Below, in pieces: positions 13,634-26,200 of a stretch of 64,000 nucleotides of DNA (the first letter of the stretch is position 1; every line of letters starts with the position of its first letter). The notes below the pieces were generated by a model. The model made no database searches, was not told the DNA's origin, and saw only the letters and a list, made by a program, of their open reading frames with translations. Location of the stretch: the NCBI RefSeq assembly GCF_964355755.1, contig NC_092680.1:20903045-20967044 (forward strand), written 5' to 3'. The position numbers were made by a program, and so were the translations under genes. Origin of the DNA: Antedon mediterranea (lineage: Eukaryota; Animalia; Echinodermata).

Positions 13634-16600
13634 CCTCCATGCAAAACTAACATATTAATACTGTAAGGGAGAATTAATGCGGCTCTCCATTGTGTTGATG
13701 ATGGGTTTTTTTTCAACCATTGAAAATTTAGTGCCATGAGCTAAAAATACGATTCGGTAGTTTGTTATGTATTATTCAGTTAGCCTACAATAAAACAATT
13801 GTCTTTTTTGTATTTACTTTACCAGTGATCAAAGAAACGGTTTATTTGTATCCCAGGGATCGATAACGATATGCTCTGAACTGCGCATGCCTAATCAGTA
13901 ATTATTCTTCATGGCTTAATCTATAGAAACACCCATAATAATTGTTTTTGTGACTAAGGCTTATGGAATGGCAACGTAAAAGTATTTGGTTTATATACGT
14001 GTAGTAGCTAAACGTAAGGATGGAAACACGAGATTAATCAAGTGGTATCTCAATCTTTGTAGAGAATTGTGATGTACTATAGTAGGCATGTTGGTACGTT
14101 ACTCATTATAAGTAGCTGATGTGGTAGAATAGTTAAAATGTAACTGGTTATTAGTGTATGGTAATTTTCCTAACATTCAGGTCCACCATGTTGTTCTTCA
14201 TAGAACCAAAATACATAATATGAAACTATGAAAAGCCTCTAACAAACATTGTCTCGACAAATTTGATGAATGGTTGAATAACTTCAGCAGAAAGAATAAC
14301 AAACTTTAATACCCAACTATAACAAAACTAACAACAAAGTAAAATAATGACATTCATATGTAAATTTTCATTTTTACTATTATTTGACAATGGCGGTTAA
14401 AAGTGTTTACATTCTTTGTTGAGATACGTGCTGTCATTTTGGTGAATATAGCTAAATAATTCCTCCATTATTTGTATCAAATACTTTTTAAATAAAGCGA
14501 TACGGAAATGAACTGCAAAGATAAGACGAGCCTTGAAATTATCAGAAGCACAGTCTGCTTGCTTATGGTGGTAACATTGATAAGACCATTATCAGAAGAT
14601 ACACTGACTATTCCTGATAATATGATCTTTTATAGGCCTAGAGCGTTTGTGCAATTTCGAGTATTTTTCCTGTAGTTTTATTGTCTTTTATTATCTTAAT
14701 TATCATTTGCCAAGCAAAATTAATTTCCATTTTAAGTGGACCTGCAATAAAATGTCTTGAATCTTTAAAATAAAGAGAGTAACTTCAAAGAAACAATACT
14801 ATACTGTATAAGTATTTATATTCTGAAAAGTGATAAACAGGCCATGAATAATCTACTGTAGCCTACATGGGTTAAAGGTTGTATTCAGTCAAATAACTGT
14901 TCTGTATGAATAGGATTTTTCCGGATTGTGGGTTATGAATTTGCATGTCAAAAGATTCAGCTCAGTGACTTTTTTTATAAACGTCAGCTAGACGAAATAT
15001 TTTACTGTCAGATAATGCCATTTAATAATCATGATTAGTTATATATGTCCGGGTGTTAATAATTTGCAAATGGGGAAAGGAGGGGTTTAATCCTACCTTA
15101 GGTCCATGATCCTATCATTCTATTTCCACTTTATAAAGAGCAGAAATGAAATTTACAAAAGCTGCCGCTTATGGCGAGGTTCAATAATTTCCACTAATAA
15201 TGTGTTAGAATTGGCTTGAAAAAATAATCTTAATGTTGATGATGATTATGTTGTATTGTAGAGTTCTTTAAATAATGTCCAATAACTATTTTTCTAGAAT
15301 GTTCCTTTGGCGATCAACATCGTGTAAGTCTGGAGTGAACCAATTAGTTTGATACCCGAGTGATTAACAAACGTCAGATTTGAACCCAACACTTTCAACT
15401 GATTCAGATGGCACGTTGTTGCACTCCATATCATTTTGAATCGTCTACAACCAGTCACGTTTTTATACCTCACGGGGTAAGTTTCTTCTTAATTGCTATA
15501 CCTGTTGTCAGAAATTTCCCTTATTAATATACATGTGGTTTAATATTACCACAATTGAACGACGTATAATTTCAACGGATACCATAACATATTTTTTAAG
15601 GAAATTTGAGGTTTACTTTTTAGCTTGCAAAAACAAGTTTGAAAATAGCACAAACTGAACCGATGTTTCAGTGAAGCATGTAATTCAATGCGAGCCGAAT
15701 GTGGCTTAATTACTGATATGATATTAAGATAATTGTTCCGGAGGATGGAGACATAATCAATCTTAACTACGCAACAGTTTCCGGATTGGAAAAATGAATT
15801 TGAAAACATCTTATTGACACCTACTCAGTCGCGAGTTATCTTTTAAATGCCTGAATAATGTTACTGTTAGTTTATACAATGTCATTGTAGACCGAATCAA
15901 TGTGAGCCCACGTAGGCTAAACACAATAACTGAAAACACTCCCTTATTATCATGATGCTATTATTAGAACTGTTGTGGAATAATAGAAACAGACAGATAC
16001 TGTACAAATACCAGACATTTGCGTTGCAACATAAAATAACTATATTGGTGATACTTAATGCAGAATAGCAACCCACTACCCCCTTATTAAGCAATATCTA
16101 CAGTTTTCTCAAATCTGTTTAATATGAACTTAAGACTTTTAAAATCAGGTACATTATTTTTTTAGAGCATGAATTTTCCATATTCAATTTTCATAGAATA
16201 ATAATTATATTACTGTAAACATTTCGTTGGTCTTAACAATTTCAAACGAGATTATTGCATTTCTAGAAAACGTTAACCAATTATTACTTTGTTGTAGGAT
16301 CTTGTTAATACCCTTATGAGGATATTATTGTAGGCCTACTTATACAAACACCTATATCCACTTAATAACAGTGGCCAGCACAAATCGGCTAATGTAAAGT
16401 ATTGGGCTGCACTGTAAACTGCATTTTAAATCTCTGGTCATTACGGTTCGCAAAATTAAAAATAAAATATACCGTACGGTTTTTATTATTGTATTAAACA
16501 CAAGTTTAACGTCATACCAGTTGCCATATTGACGGCAATCATTTAAAATTCATAAATTGATTTAGTATTGTTATATTTCACCATAATTGTTGACTTCACA

Positions 16601-19374
16601 AATAGTGGCAATTTACCAATTAACTTTACGTTCTTTGAACAAAATTGTGAACGATGATTTCATTATGTTTGTATTTATTTTTGAAATTTACAGTTGAATA
16701 TTTAAATTATAATATGTGTTGTATATACGTAATAGCGTTACCGTAAATGGTACAGTAGGCAGTTATTATTGAAAATGTCACAAAACGGTGGACTAATGAG
16801 ATTCCTGTAGTCGTAGGCCATTGTTTGGTATTCGACTAGTTCATTTCAGATTTCTTTATAAATCGATTATTCACAAAGGCAGAATTCGTTTATTTCTTTT
16901 ATTGTTCACCTGTAAAAATAATTCTTAACACATTTTTTGTTGAATATGCCATTTTAATGTCATCTAATTACTATCCACTTTGACCAAAATCGAATGATTA
17001 TTTTTATCAAGGGGTGAACATGTGGGTCACTTAGTAAAAACGATAGGTCACCTTTGCCATCATCTGTAGCTTTTTTTTTACCGTTTTTGGTAATGAAATA
17101 ACAACAAAAAATGACAATATTGTGTCCTTCTCGTGATTCACCTTGTGGTTGTACGCATTGCTGCCTAAAAAGCAATTCTATCTTGGAAAAGATTCTAATT
17201 TATTATTACGGATATATGAGGATTAAAATGTTTGTATTAATCAAATCGTTGACTTGGGTATGAGTTCGTGGTGAATATGGAACTATAGGCCCTGGTATTC
17301 TTCTGTATTGTACCGGTATTGATTATCTGTTAACGTCAGGCTGTTTAACATCCCGAAATACTACTTTTCATGCGGATATAGGGCCTAACCTGGAATGTTT
17401 ACCTCCTACAATTGTATTGTTATTGAGGTTTAAACACAATTTATTCAATTCTGAAAGTCAAATGCTCTTAATAGTGCTGTATATGTATCAATTGATTCAC
17501 AACTGTATTTTTATAATACCGCCATTCTCCTTCCAGCTCACACATGCTTAATATCTGTATCTTCGTTTAGAAAATGAAGTGAGGCCCAATAAAATGTACA
17601 GTATCTTTTAGTAGTTTTGTTAATTGAATTTATATTAGGCATGTTTGAATAGTATTATACGCCTGTTCGTTTTGTTAGTATACATGAGTACGACATAGAA
17701 TTTGAAAAGAACATCATTTTACCTCAAACAAAATAGGGATGCTATGTGATCAGGGAGGTACCTCAATGCTACTGTGTTGATACGCATCTAAGCCATATAT
17801 CACCTACTGTATTTTATCTACACTTCTGTGTTATGAGAATAAAAATAATATTAATAAACATATGAGCCTTAGGGGAAGGGTCACCCACATTGTTTGAAAT
17901 CATCAAGTGTTTTAGGAATGCTGACCGTCAAAATAATCTACAGTATTCGTTATGGTTTCTGTTATTAATGTTTGATGGGAAAATTGTTACGGTATTTCTG
18001 TAGATGATATAAATTTGATAATAAGGGTATATCATAATAACAAGGAAACATATGAAAATCTAAAGTTTGTATAAATTCAAGATTTTTCTCTTCAAGCTTC
18101 AAAATGGTAGCTTTGGATTATTACGTCATTTTGAATTGATTATTATTCAACTATTCATAATAACCAGCATTGACCTAAATTATAATAACAGTATCATGCA
18201 AAGACTGGTAGACGTGTCTGTCAGATACCTATTGAAGGTTGTGTTTTTGTTAGCAATTCTCTGCTGTCATTTAAATTATATGCATAATTTTGGAGTATTG
18301 AAGGAGTTTTGCTAGGTGAATAAATACCTCTTTTAAAACATCAAAATCCTTTAGTATATACGTCACAATAGTATTAGTGGGTTTCTTTATATGTAACTGT
18401 TTGCTATATACGCTTCGTGTGTTTTCTATAGATGAGATCTAACGTCATTGGCAACCACTATTGTGTTGCATATTTTTCTAGGGTTGTTAATGAATAGAAG
18501 GTGCAGCGATAGAAAAAAAAACATGACGGCAGGCTTACATACTCATCAATCAGAATCAGACGTTTTGTATAATAGAGGCCTAGGACAGCAATGTTCAAAT
18601 CTCTAAATATGATTTGCTTGTCACACTTATTATTGAAAGAAATTCAATAGTTCGAAACACCGAATGTGTAAATAAAGTCTGCACAAATAGGCATAATAGA
18701 AACGTTTTAAAATGCGAATTGGTAAAAAAGAATACGTTGTAACTTATACAAAATGATAATTGACATTCTGGAGAGTAAAAGTTAACAATTCTCTTGTCAA
18801 ACCAATAGAGTATAACACTATAGAACAGATTCAAATTTCTAAAAAATGTAGATAATTTGTAATCATAGTATATACCGCATAATCAAATTATTATTTGTTT
18901 CTGAGTATTTGATAAACAATATTTGTGAAAATGATACTAATAAACTATGTTACCAGTACTTTAATTATAACTGTATAACTATGGAGTCCTCTATGATATA
19001 ACCTACCACTGGATTTGACTCTACTTTCTGCATTCTAATAATACAATCCTGTAATGATAATAGGCCTAAAACGAACGAATGACTTTTTAGTATTATCGGG
19101 TTTTTCTTCAATCGATAATTTTTGTACTTCAGTGATAAAATACCATTAGAGAATATATTCGAATACAGTCGCTTCTGGATTCGATTTGGTACTATGTAAA
19201 TAGAATCAGCTATTCGCATGCAGGTGAAATGGTTCACATAGAATTAGAAAGTGATCCGAGTAAATGCCAAATGTTTGGTTAAAGCAATCCACATCATACA
19301 ATAATTGAAATCTTACCTGTACAAATATGTAATAGTAAAAGTCCTAGAATTACAAACATCAAATTCGATCCCAT
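1..19374 (-). CDS. Type I membrane protein: signal peptide, WSC domain, 9 sushi/CCP domains, Thr/Pro-rich mucin stalk, TM helix, cytoplasmic tail with NPxY (3' end beyond window)
   Basis: Hand-spliced GT-AG exons: 19374-19317 (MGSNLMFVILGLLLLHICT, signal peptide, tentative link), 8241-7891 (WSC: LGCYYD...MTIEFCHDLC...QCFCG...LCGG), 7706-7314 (2 CCP), 7194-7021, 6478-6299, 6036-5863, 5436-5260, 5158-4979, 4434-4258, 3257-3081 (one CCP each, C..C..GY..C..W..C), 2789-2757, 2426-2193, 1736-1674, 1391-1350 (stalk), 557-470 (TM: YIVIGISALLLIILILGATYIL), 152-<1 (KRKTKHPLKETTSIEAIPNPTYLDGF...). Phases consistent; about 880 aa within the window. First exon is less certain than the rest. Confidence 0.85.
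3408..3955. mobile_element. Non-autonomous DNA transposon (MITE), Kolobok-like
   Basis: TIR AGATGTATTGTCCCTT / AAGGGACAATACATCT flanked by TTAA on both sides (3404-3407, 3956-3959). AG...CT termini with TTAA TSD match the Kolobok superfamily. Interior differs from the other copies. Confidence 0.8.
4616..4910. repeat. Degenerate intronic tandem duplication (~165 bp x2)
   Basis: AAGCGGCCTAAATTATGC...TAACGTAAC...GCAATAATTCCGCT..AAAGAATGAA occurs twice, starting near 4616 and 4780. Confidence 0.7.
9561..11345. mobile_element. Non-autonomous DNA transposon, ~1.8 kb, hAT/Tip100-like termini
   Basis: TIR CAGGCCCGTATCCAG (9561) / CTGCATACGGGCCTG (11345), flanked by direct repeat CAGTA. GC-rich subterminal block duplicated at ~10979-11057 and ~11234-11313. 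No transposase ORF. Superfamily assignment is inference. Confidence 0.75.
13564..13641. repeat. (TA)n microsatellite enclosed by an 11-bp inverted repeat (micro-MITE-like hairpin)
   Basis: CATGGAGGAAA-(TA)n-TTTCCTCCATG. Confidence 0.8.
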
Positions 19375-20285
19375 TTTGTTTTTAAATTAATATAAAATGT
19401 CCCCTTGGCGTGTTTAGTCCCTATCGTCGTAGTGTCATGGATCGAGTATTCGCAAATAACGGACCAATTGTTGAACCATACTTGTTATATACTCGGTACC
19501 ATTAAACAGATTTTTTCATTGTATTGATGAATGACTCACTGTTACGTATCCACCCACCTAATAAATATTCATAGGAATAATTTATGCTAATTAAAAAACA
19601 CTAATTAAATTTCTAAGACATAGAATAAATCAATATAAAGTAATATCAGCAGAGTAAAACAATATTTGTAACGGTTAAGTTTTATTAAATAGAAAAAAAA
19701 TACATGAGCACTTAAGAATACCTGTTGCAGAATGGTATAACCCATTCACCCTTACCTTTTAATGTAGGATTATCTATTGATCTGAATTAATCTATTGTAT
19801 GTATTATGATTCATTACTATTGGGTTTGAAGTCATGAAGTAACCAATAGAAATATAGATAGAGGTGTTGCTTATCAGTTTGTATTAAAATAAGACACCGG
19901 AAGCAATTAATAAAATGCTTCTGTCTAAGGAAGGAGTATGTTTGCATCATTTGGCATTTTACTTTGAAGGTCTAATATTGACAGTTTGTAACCTTAATAG
20001 GCTGACGTGTTTGAAATGGTGGAATTGTGGCTAATTGATCAATTCATGTAGAAAATGTAAAACAGACGTAAAAATACATATTACACATTTTGCGAAGGCT
20101 TAAGGAAATGAATTTTTTTTAATAAAAAACACAGTCTATTCAGCTTTGTCTTTTTTCTTTTTTTTTATTCAATTTTCTGCCATATAGGACAATTTTCTGC
20201 CACTAACGACAGTGTGTACCACTGATAAAAAAGTGATGACCAATAAATAAATAAAAAAAAATACAATACAACAATGTCTACAACA

Positions 20286-20531
20286 GTTCATCCCATGCTA
20301 GTGATCCTCTAACACCGCGCGATAATCGACTGTCCTAGCCTTCATCCGTGCAAGTGAGAGTATTCGGTTCATCCCATGCTAGTGATCCTCTAACACCGCG
20401 CGATAATCGACTGTCCTAGCCTTCATCCGTGCAAGTGAGAGTATTCGGTTCATCCCATGCTAGTGATCATCTAACACCGCGCGATAATCGACTGTCCTAG
20501 CCTTCATCCGTGCAAGTGAGAGTATTCGGTT
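20286..20531. repeat. Tandem repeat, 81 bp x3
   Basis: Unit GTTCATCCCATGCTAGTGATCCTCTAACACCGCGCGATAATCG...GAGAGTATTCG starts at 20286, 20367 and 20448; one substitution in copy 3. Confidence 0.95.
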
Positions 20532-22908
20532 GGAGAGAAGTTAAAATACAATGTTAAAATAAAGTAAAACAAAGAGAATTATAGTATATTAAATGCATTT
20601 ATTCGTTTTTGAAATTCATCATAGATTATGATAATTGAATACTATTTAATAGTATAACTATTAACATAGGCCTACTACAGTACATAAAAAGGAATTAAAC
20701 CTGAGTAGCATACATCGAACACATCAATGTCTTGACACCGTACTTAATTGTGTTGTCATTGTAGGCCTAAATATTATTTTAATTTCGTTTTATTGCTTTT
20801 CTGTAGGCCTATACTTCTTTTATTTTTTTTTCAATTTAACCAGTGCAGCTGTTATAAATAACTGGCTCAACAAATTTAGAATCAAAATAACATCAGCCTA
20901 TATGCACATAATGATATATTATTTTCTGATTATTATTTTTAATCGATTGGATATACCCAAGCTTCCTCATAAAAGGAAGGGACGAAGGATGTTTAATTGA
21001 ATCAAAGATCTTAGACCTTGTAGATGTGTATTTACCTGGAACGTAGGATGCAATGTATGTAAAATACATGTGGCGTAGGAAGAATAGGTCGTCGGCATTG
21101 AAGTTAATTATAGTTAAAATAGTATTTATCATTTAGAATAAAAAGACATACGTAGTCATTGTCTTTGTTGTGTATTTATTCAATTCAATAGGCAATTATT
21201 ATTATTCCTATTTTAGGTAATAATAATATTATACTAACGTATGATTACTTTGTTTGTATCAAACCTGTTAGTGGCGGTAATTATCGCTGTTGGTTTCGAT
21301 TGAATAAAATAAAAAAATAAAAAATATTATTATAAATATAGTTTTGAACAAATAAAATGAAAGAGGAAGAAGGGAGACAATTTAAATACAACCAAGTAGA
21401 ACTGTATGCCTTTTTTAAAGCGTTGCAAAACTATTCATTTTGATAGTGTAGATAGAGCTTAAGTTTTGTCATCATATTCTTACTATAGCAGCGATATTTC
21501 TATCCACCTTTGTGACTAGATTATCTGTATTGTATTAATTTTTATTTGGCATACATGTAGGCCTCGCTTATATTTCATTGGTTAAGTTACGCATTTATAT
21601 TTGTTATATTTACTGTTGCCTCTAGTGTTTACTGTACAAACAAAATGTGCCAGGCGAAAAAACTATACCAGTATTTTAGTATTAATCTGAAACAAACAAC
21701 ATGTAAGCCTACTTCGAAATTTAAAAATACAGCTAGCCTAGTCAAATTATTAATACACAAGTTTGTTCCCTTTATACCTCATTTAAATTTGTTCAAAAGT
21801 CATGTCTGATCTGACATCATTGTATTAGAATGTGTTGAACACAAATCTAGAATATTATGTAATTGATTTTCTTCTGGTTAACATGATATTTCAATTTAAC
21901 AAAGACGGTAAAAGAAAAGGTTATTTTTAAAATTATTAGTAAATTTAAGCAAATAATTGGAAAGGGAAAAATAGATATAAATCCAATAACGAACCTACAT
22001 AGTGAAATAAATGTGTTAGTATGTTTGTGTGAAAAATAACAATACAAAAAACACAGAGATCAGCAGATAAAATATTATTTACAATGACTTTGGATGTTTT
22101 CCATTATTGAAATAATAGCCTGAATAGCATTAAAAAATGAATTTGGTTTTAAAAAAACCCAACAACTTTCTAAACTGTCTCCCATTTATTTAATAATTTT
22201 GATATGCTGCTTTATTTTTGGCTGTTCAGAACGAGGTCAGATTTGCATCAACTGTCACATATGCTACCGGTTGCCTGCTTTATGGCGAACAAACACTATT
22301 TTCTATAATTTGTTTCTGCAACAATACTTTCCAAAATTACATTTTACAACACAAATAATTACGTAGAAATATCACCCACGGAATTCCGGAAGTAGATCAA
22401 TTGAAAGTCGAGTTGCAAACAATTTTACCAAAAATGGCCTAAAAGCAAATAAAAGACAATAGGACATTGTGACTCTTAAACTCGGGTCTTTTGTTGACGT
22501 CACGTGCTTATATGATGTGTCATTGCACCTCACTAAAAGACTTATTCAATTTTTTATATGATATTGAACTATTGACTTTTGGCTATACCCTTAATCAGTG
22601 CCAAAGAATGCAGAAATTTCGACACTATCAACATTAATTACTTACACTTACACTTACTTTTCAATTTTAAAAATACACGGTAAGGTATTAATTTATTATA
22701 AGATATATTAACATTTACATCATCCTATTTTCTGTTCAACAACAGTTTCTATCCCTAAAGGTTAAATTTTCCCCTAGTATAGATTATTATGTAAAGACAA
22801 TAAATACAACAACCTATTAAAAACGGCTACGCAACATAAATTGAAACAATACTCAGTAACGTTTTTTATTACGTTACAAGTACAGCTCTACTGAGCAGCT
22901 ACTATCAT

Positions 22909-23033
22909 AACAAGGCCAACAGCCATAATTCGCGTGCTAAAACGCATAGTGATACCGGACCGACAGACAGACCGACAGACCGACCGACCGACCGACATAG
23001 TGAACTATAGAGTCGCGTCCACGCGACTAAAAA
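22909..23033. mobile_element. Helentron-associated short element (HINE/DINE-1-like)
   Basis: AACAAGGCCAACAGCC...(CAGA/CCGA)n...hairpin AGTCGCGTCCACGCGACT followed by AAAAA. Near-identical copy at 60311-60415; related copies at ~23120-23200 and ~34253-34334. Confidence 0.7.
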
Positions 23034-23273
23034 TATAGATAGATAGATAGATAGATACATACTGAAATAGTACTATTATAATAGGCTAAAATATATAATA
23101 ATCTGTTTTAACCATACATGGCTGTAGTCGCGTGCTTAAGTTAGTGTTTACCGACCAACCGACCGACCAACCAACCGACCCACATAGTTGCACGCGACTT
23201 ATAATGTTCTTTAACTTTTCCAATTCCAATAGCACGCCCTCAATTTTTCAACTGCGTACATAGAGATCGCCCT

Positions 23274-26200
23274 CTACTTGGACAGATCAGTCTTTTTCTT
23301 TTTGCGACAGAAGCAACCTCTGATTATCCAAAAGTCGATGGCTTCCACAAACGCCACCAAACTTGCGCCAAAAAACAAACCGAGAGCGCCACCTAGATCA
23401 CCTAGAAGATAAACAAAATACTATTATTAAAAATAAGCCTTAAGAAATTAAATAAAGGCATTCACTGATGGCTATAAAAATAATAGTAATAATAATAATA
23501 ACCAGACAGCGCCAACAAATGAAAATTGAACCTATTTTGAGAAAATAATAAATTAAATTATAAATAAAGACATTCCGATGAAGAGATTCGAACTCAAACT
23601 TCTGATTATTAATAGGACGCCCCCATTCCATAAAGCTATGTCTACACTCTATCAAACTAGTGTGATGTGCCCAAATATGGTAGTGATACGCCCTAATATG
23701 GTAGTGATATGACATCATCATGTCCATATATGAGCACATCACATGTTTTGTCACATAAGGTTTGATAGTGTAGACAGAGCCGCACACAGTTGATGATCTA
23801 TTGTATTCAAAATGTGTCTACTTACATACTACTGAATAGAATTCGTACGCTTTCTGTTCCTTTATTTCTTCTACATTCAGGGTCTCAAAGTATATGTCAA
23901 CTCGAGCCAAATTGTCTCTAAAAAAAAATAGGAACAATCTTAAAATGTATCAACTATTGGTTAATAATGAATGATATTTATTATTATTATACTAAAGATC
24001 TTGTTGTAATAGCGGCATGAACAAGTTATCGTTAAACCCCGTTCGGTCGCGGAGCCATGTCAAGACTTTAAAATATATCGCTGATTCATTCGGTATATTC
24101 GGAAAAAATAAAGAGAAAAAATAGATTGGAAAGCGTTAAATGGTCTTCTTGCTAATATATGAACTCGTAACAGTCATTTGATCTTTTGTCTGGCTGCGAC
24201 AACACATACCAACAATAATGTACATATTCTCCGCGGCGTGGTGTCTGTTATTAAAGAGCATGGAACTGTCGCAGCCACAGATAAACCTTTAAACTCCGGA
24301 GCTCTACATCATGTTGCTAGATTGCTTTCGTCTTTACTAGTTTATCAAATGCTAACAACCCTCCAAAACAGTTTAACTAATTCAACTAGGGTACAGGACT
24401 CATCCAGTATTTTGACAACCAAGTTGATATCATTGATAGGGATGGTAATCATTAGGTGGTATATTGATGATAAACACGAATATTACAGATACGTACTTCA
24501 TGTAATCTCGTGTCAAATGTGCCAAATCATTGGTCATGTAGGTAGCAGTTGCTTCTTTTACACAAGCATCTCTCAGATCCGAATATATATATTCGTATAC
24601 ATTCAGCAACATTGTATACAGTAGCATACTTGCCTCTTCATAGGTGTAATTTACTTTAACTAAAGTTGTTAACATTGCACCAGTTTGGCTTCTAAGATCT
24701 TCTTTTGCCTTTTCAAGCGTTTGATTATAAAACTCTAAGTTAACTTCTGTAAAATTCGATTTATCTTTAACTTCATACAGTATTATGTCACTCAGTTCAT
24801 TTGTAGTGAAGAATATCAAGTCGTAAGACAGAATCGTGAATTGATCGTAAAATTGTTTTTCGTATTTTTCGTAATTTGATTGTAATATAGGAAGGTCTAA
24901 TTGGATTAGAGCATGATAAGCGAATACTTCAACTTGTGATACCACATCTTCACAAATGTCCATTTTTGTGTGCTCCATTCTCTGTCTACAAAACAAAGTT
25001 TTAATGTCATGTAAACGGAATATAATAGGCCTAGAACTAAAAAAATAATAATTTTGATAAATTTTCCATTTCGAAAACAAGTAAATAAATACAGTAAGTA
25101 ATTAATACTGGCACTATTATTATTATTATTAGAAATATACGAACTGTAATGTTTTCAATAAATAGGAAATTTGTATTTTGTAAATTATCAATCCAACCCT
25201 GAGGAAACCCCTGGTTATTTTAAAACATTTATTTATATTAGGCCTACTATATGTTTTTGAATTGTATCAACTTTTTAAACTCTTAATGTTTATTATTTAT
25301 GTTGTATTAGAGAGAAAACCTAATTGAATTTCCCAATATTTAACAATATAACATTCATATGGACAATTTTTCTGAAATATAGTTGAATTGAATTCTTTAA
25401 AGCACTTTAAAATATATATCTATAATAACTACAGTGTGGTAGTAATATTTCAAAAACAGATTTCTCATGATTATAGTGTTTGTTATACTTACTTGACGGA
25501 AAATCCTAGTGCGAGGGCATAGTACTTGTAATTGTTTGTAACGTGAAATGTCTGAGGAACCCCGATTGATGGAAACCCACTGTAAGAATTTGACCTCAAA
25601 TAACTCTCTGCCATGCATGCTTCCTCACAAGTTGGTGTGCAATATTCTTCGCGATGTGTGATAAATTCGTCTGCAAAGTTAATAATACAATTAGCATTTA
25701 TCTTTATTCAAAATTAAGTTGTCTTTGCACGGATACGTTTCAAAGTTAGCAGCACCACGTTTAATAACAAACTTTGTAAGAATAACAAAAACAGTAATAT
25801 AAAGAAATACTTACTATATTTTGGAATGTAGCATTTTGTTAGGTTTGCAGGAGAACAAAACGGCTGATCAGAATCTGAAATGATTTTTAAAATTGTTATT
25901 TTTAATACATAGCTAATGGCATGATTTATTTATGATTTAATTAAGTAAGATTTACGATCAAATTGAAATATAGAAATATTTTAATATATTTAAATTCACA
26001 ATGTATATAAAACAATATATTTTTTAAGGTTTGTATGGCGAAATCAAATGTTGATATAAAGTTTGCGTTACACCACGTATAGTTCTGAAACTGTTGAGTT
26101 TTTCGACGTTTCGATCAATATACTTTGATCTTCCTCAGGAGTGAAAACAAATAACAATATAATTAAAGAAATGTAAGTTTAACCCACAATATTAATAGTG

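Noticed and set aside
14100-19000. Hidden gene in the long AT-rich interval
   Set aside because: Only short low-complexity ORFs, and no recognisable domains or consistent exon chain. Treated as intron 1 of the WSC-CCP gene, although small exons cannot be excluded.
24178-24624. 148-aa plus-strand ORF
   Set aside because: Antisense to a channel exon and intron, with no recognisable domain or splice support.
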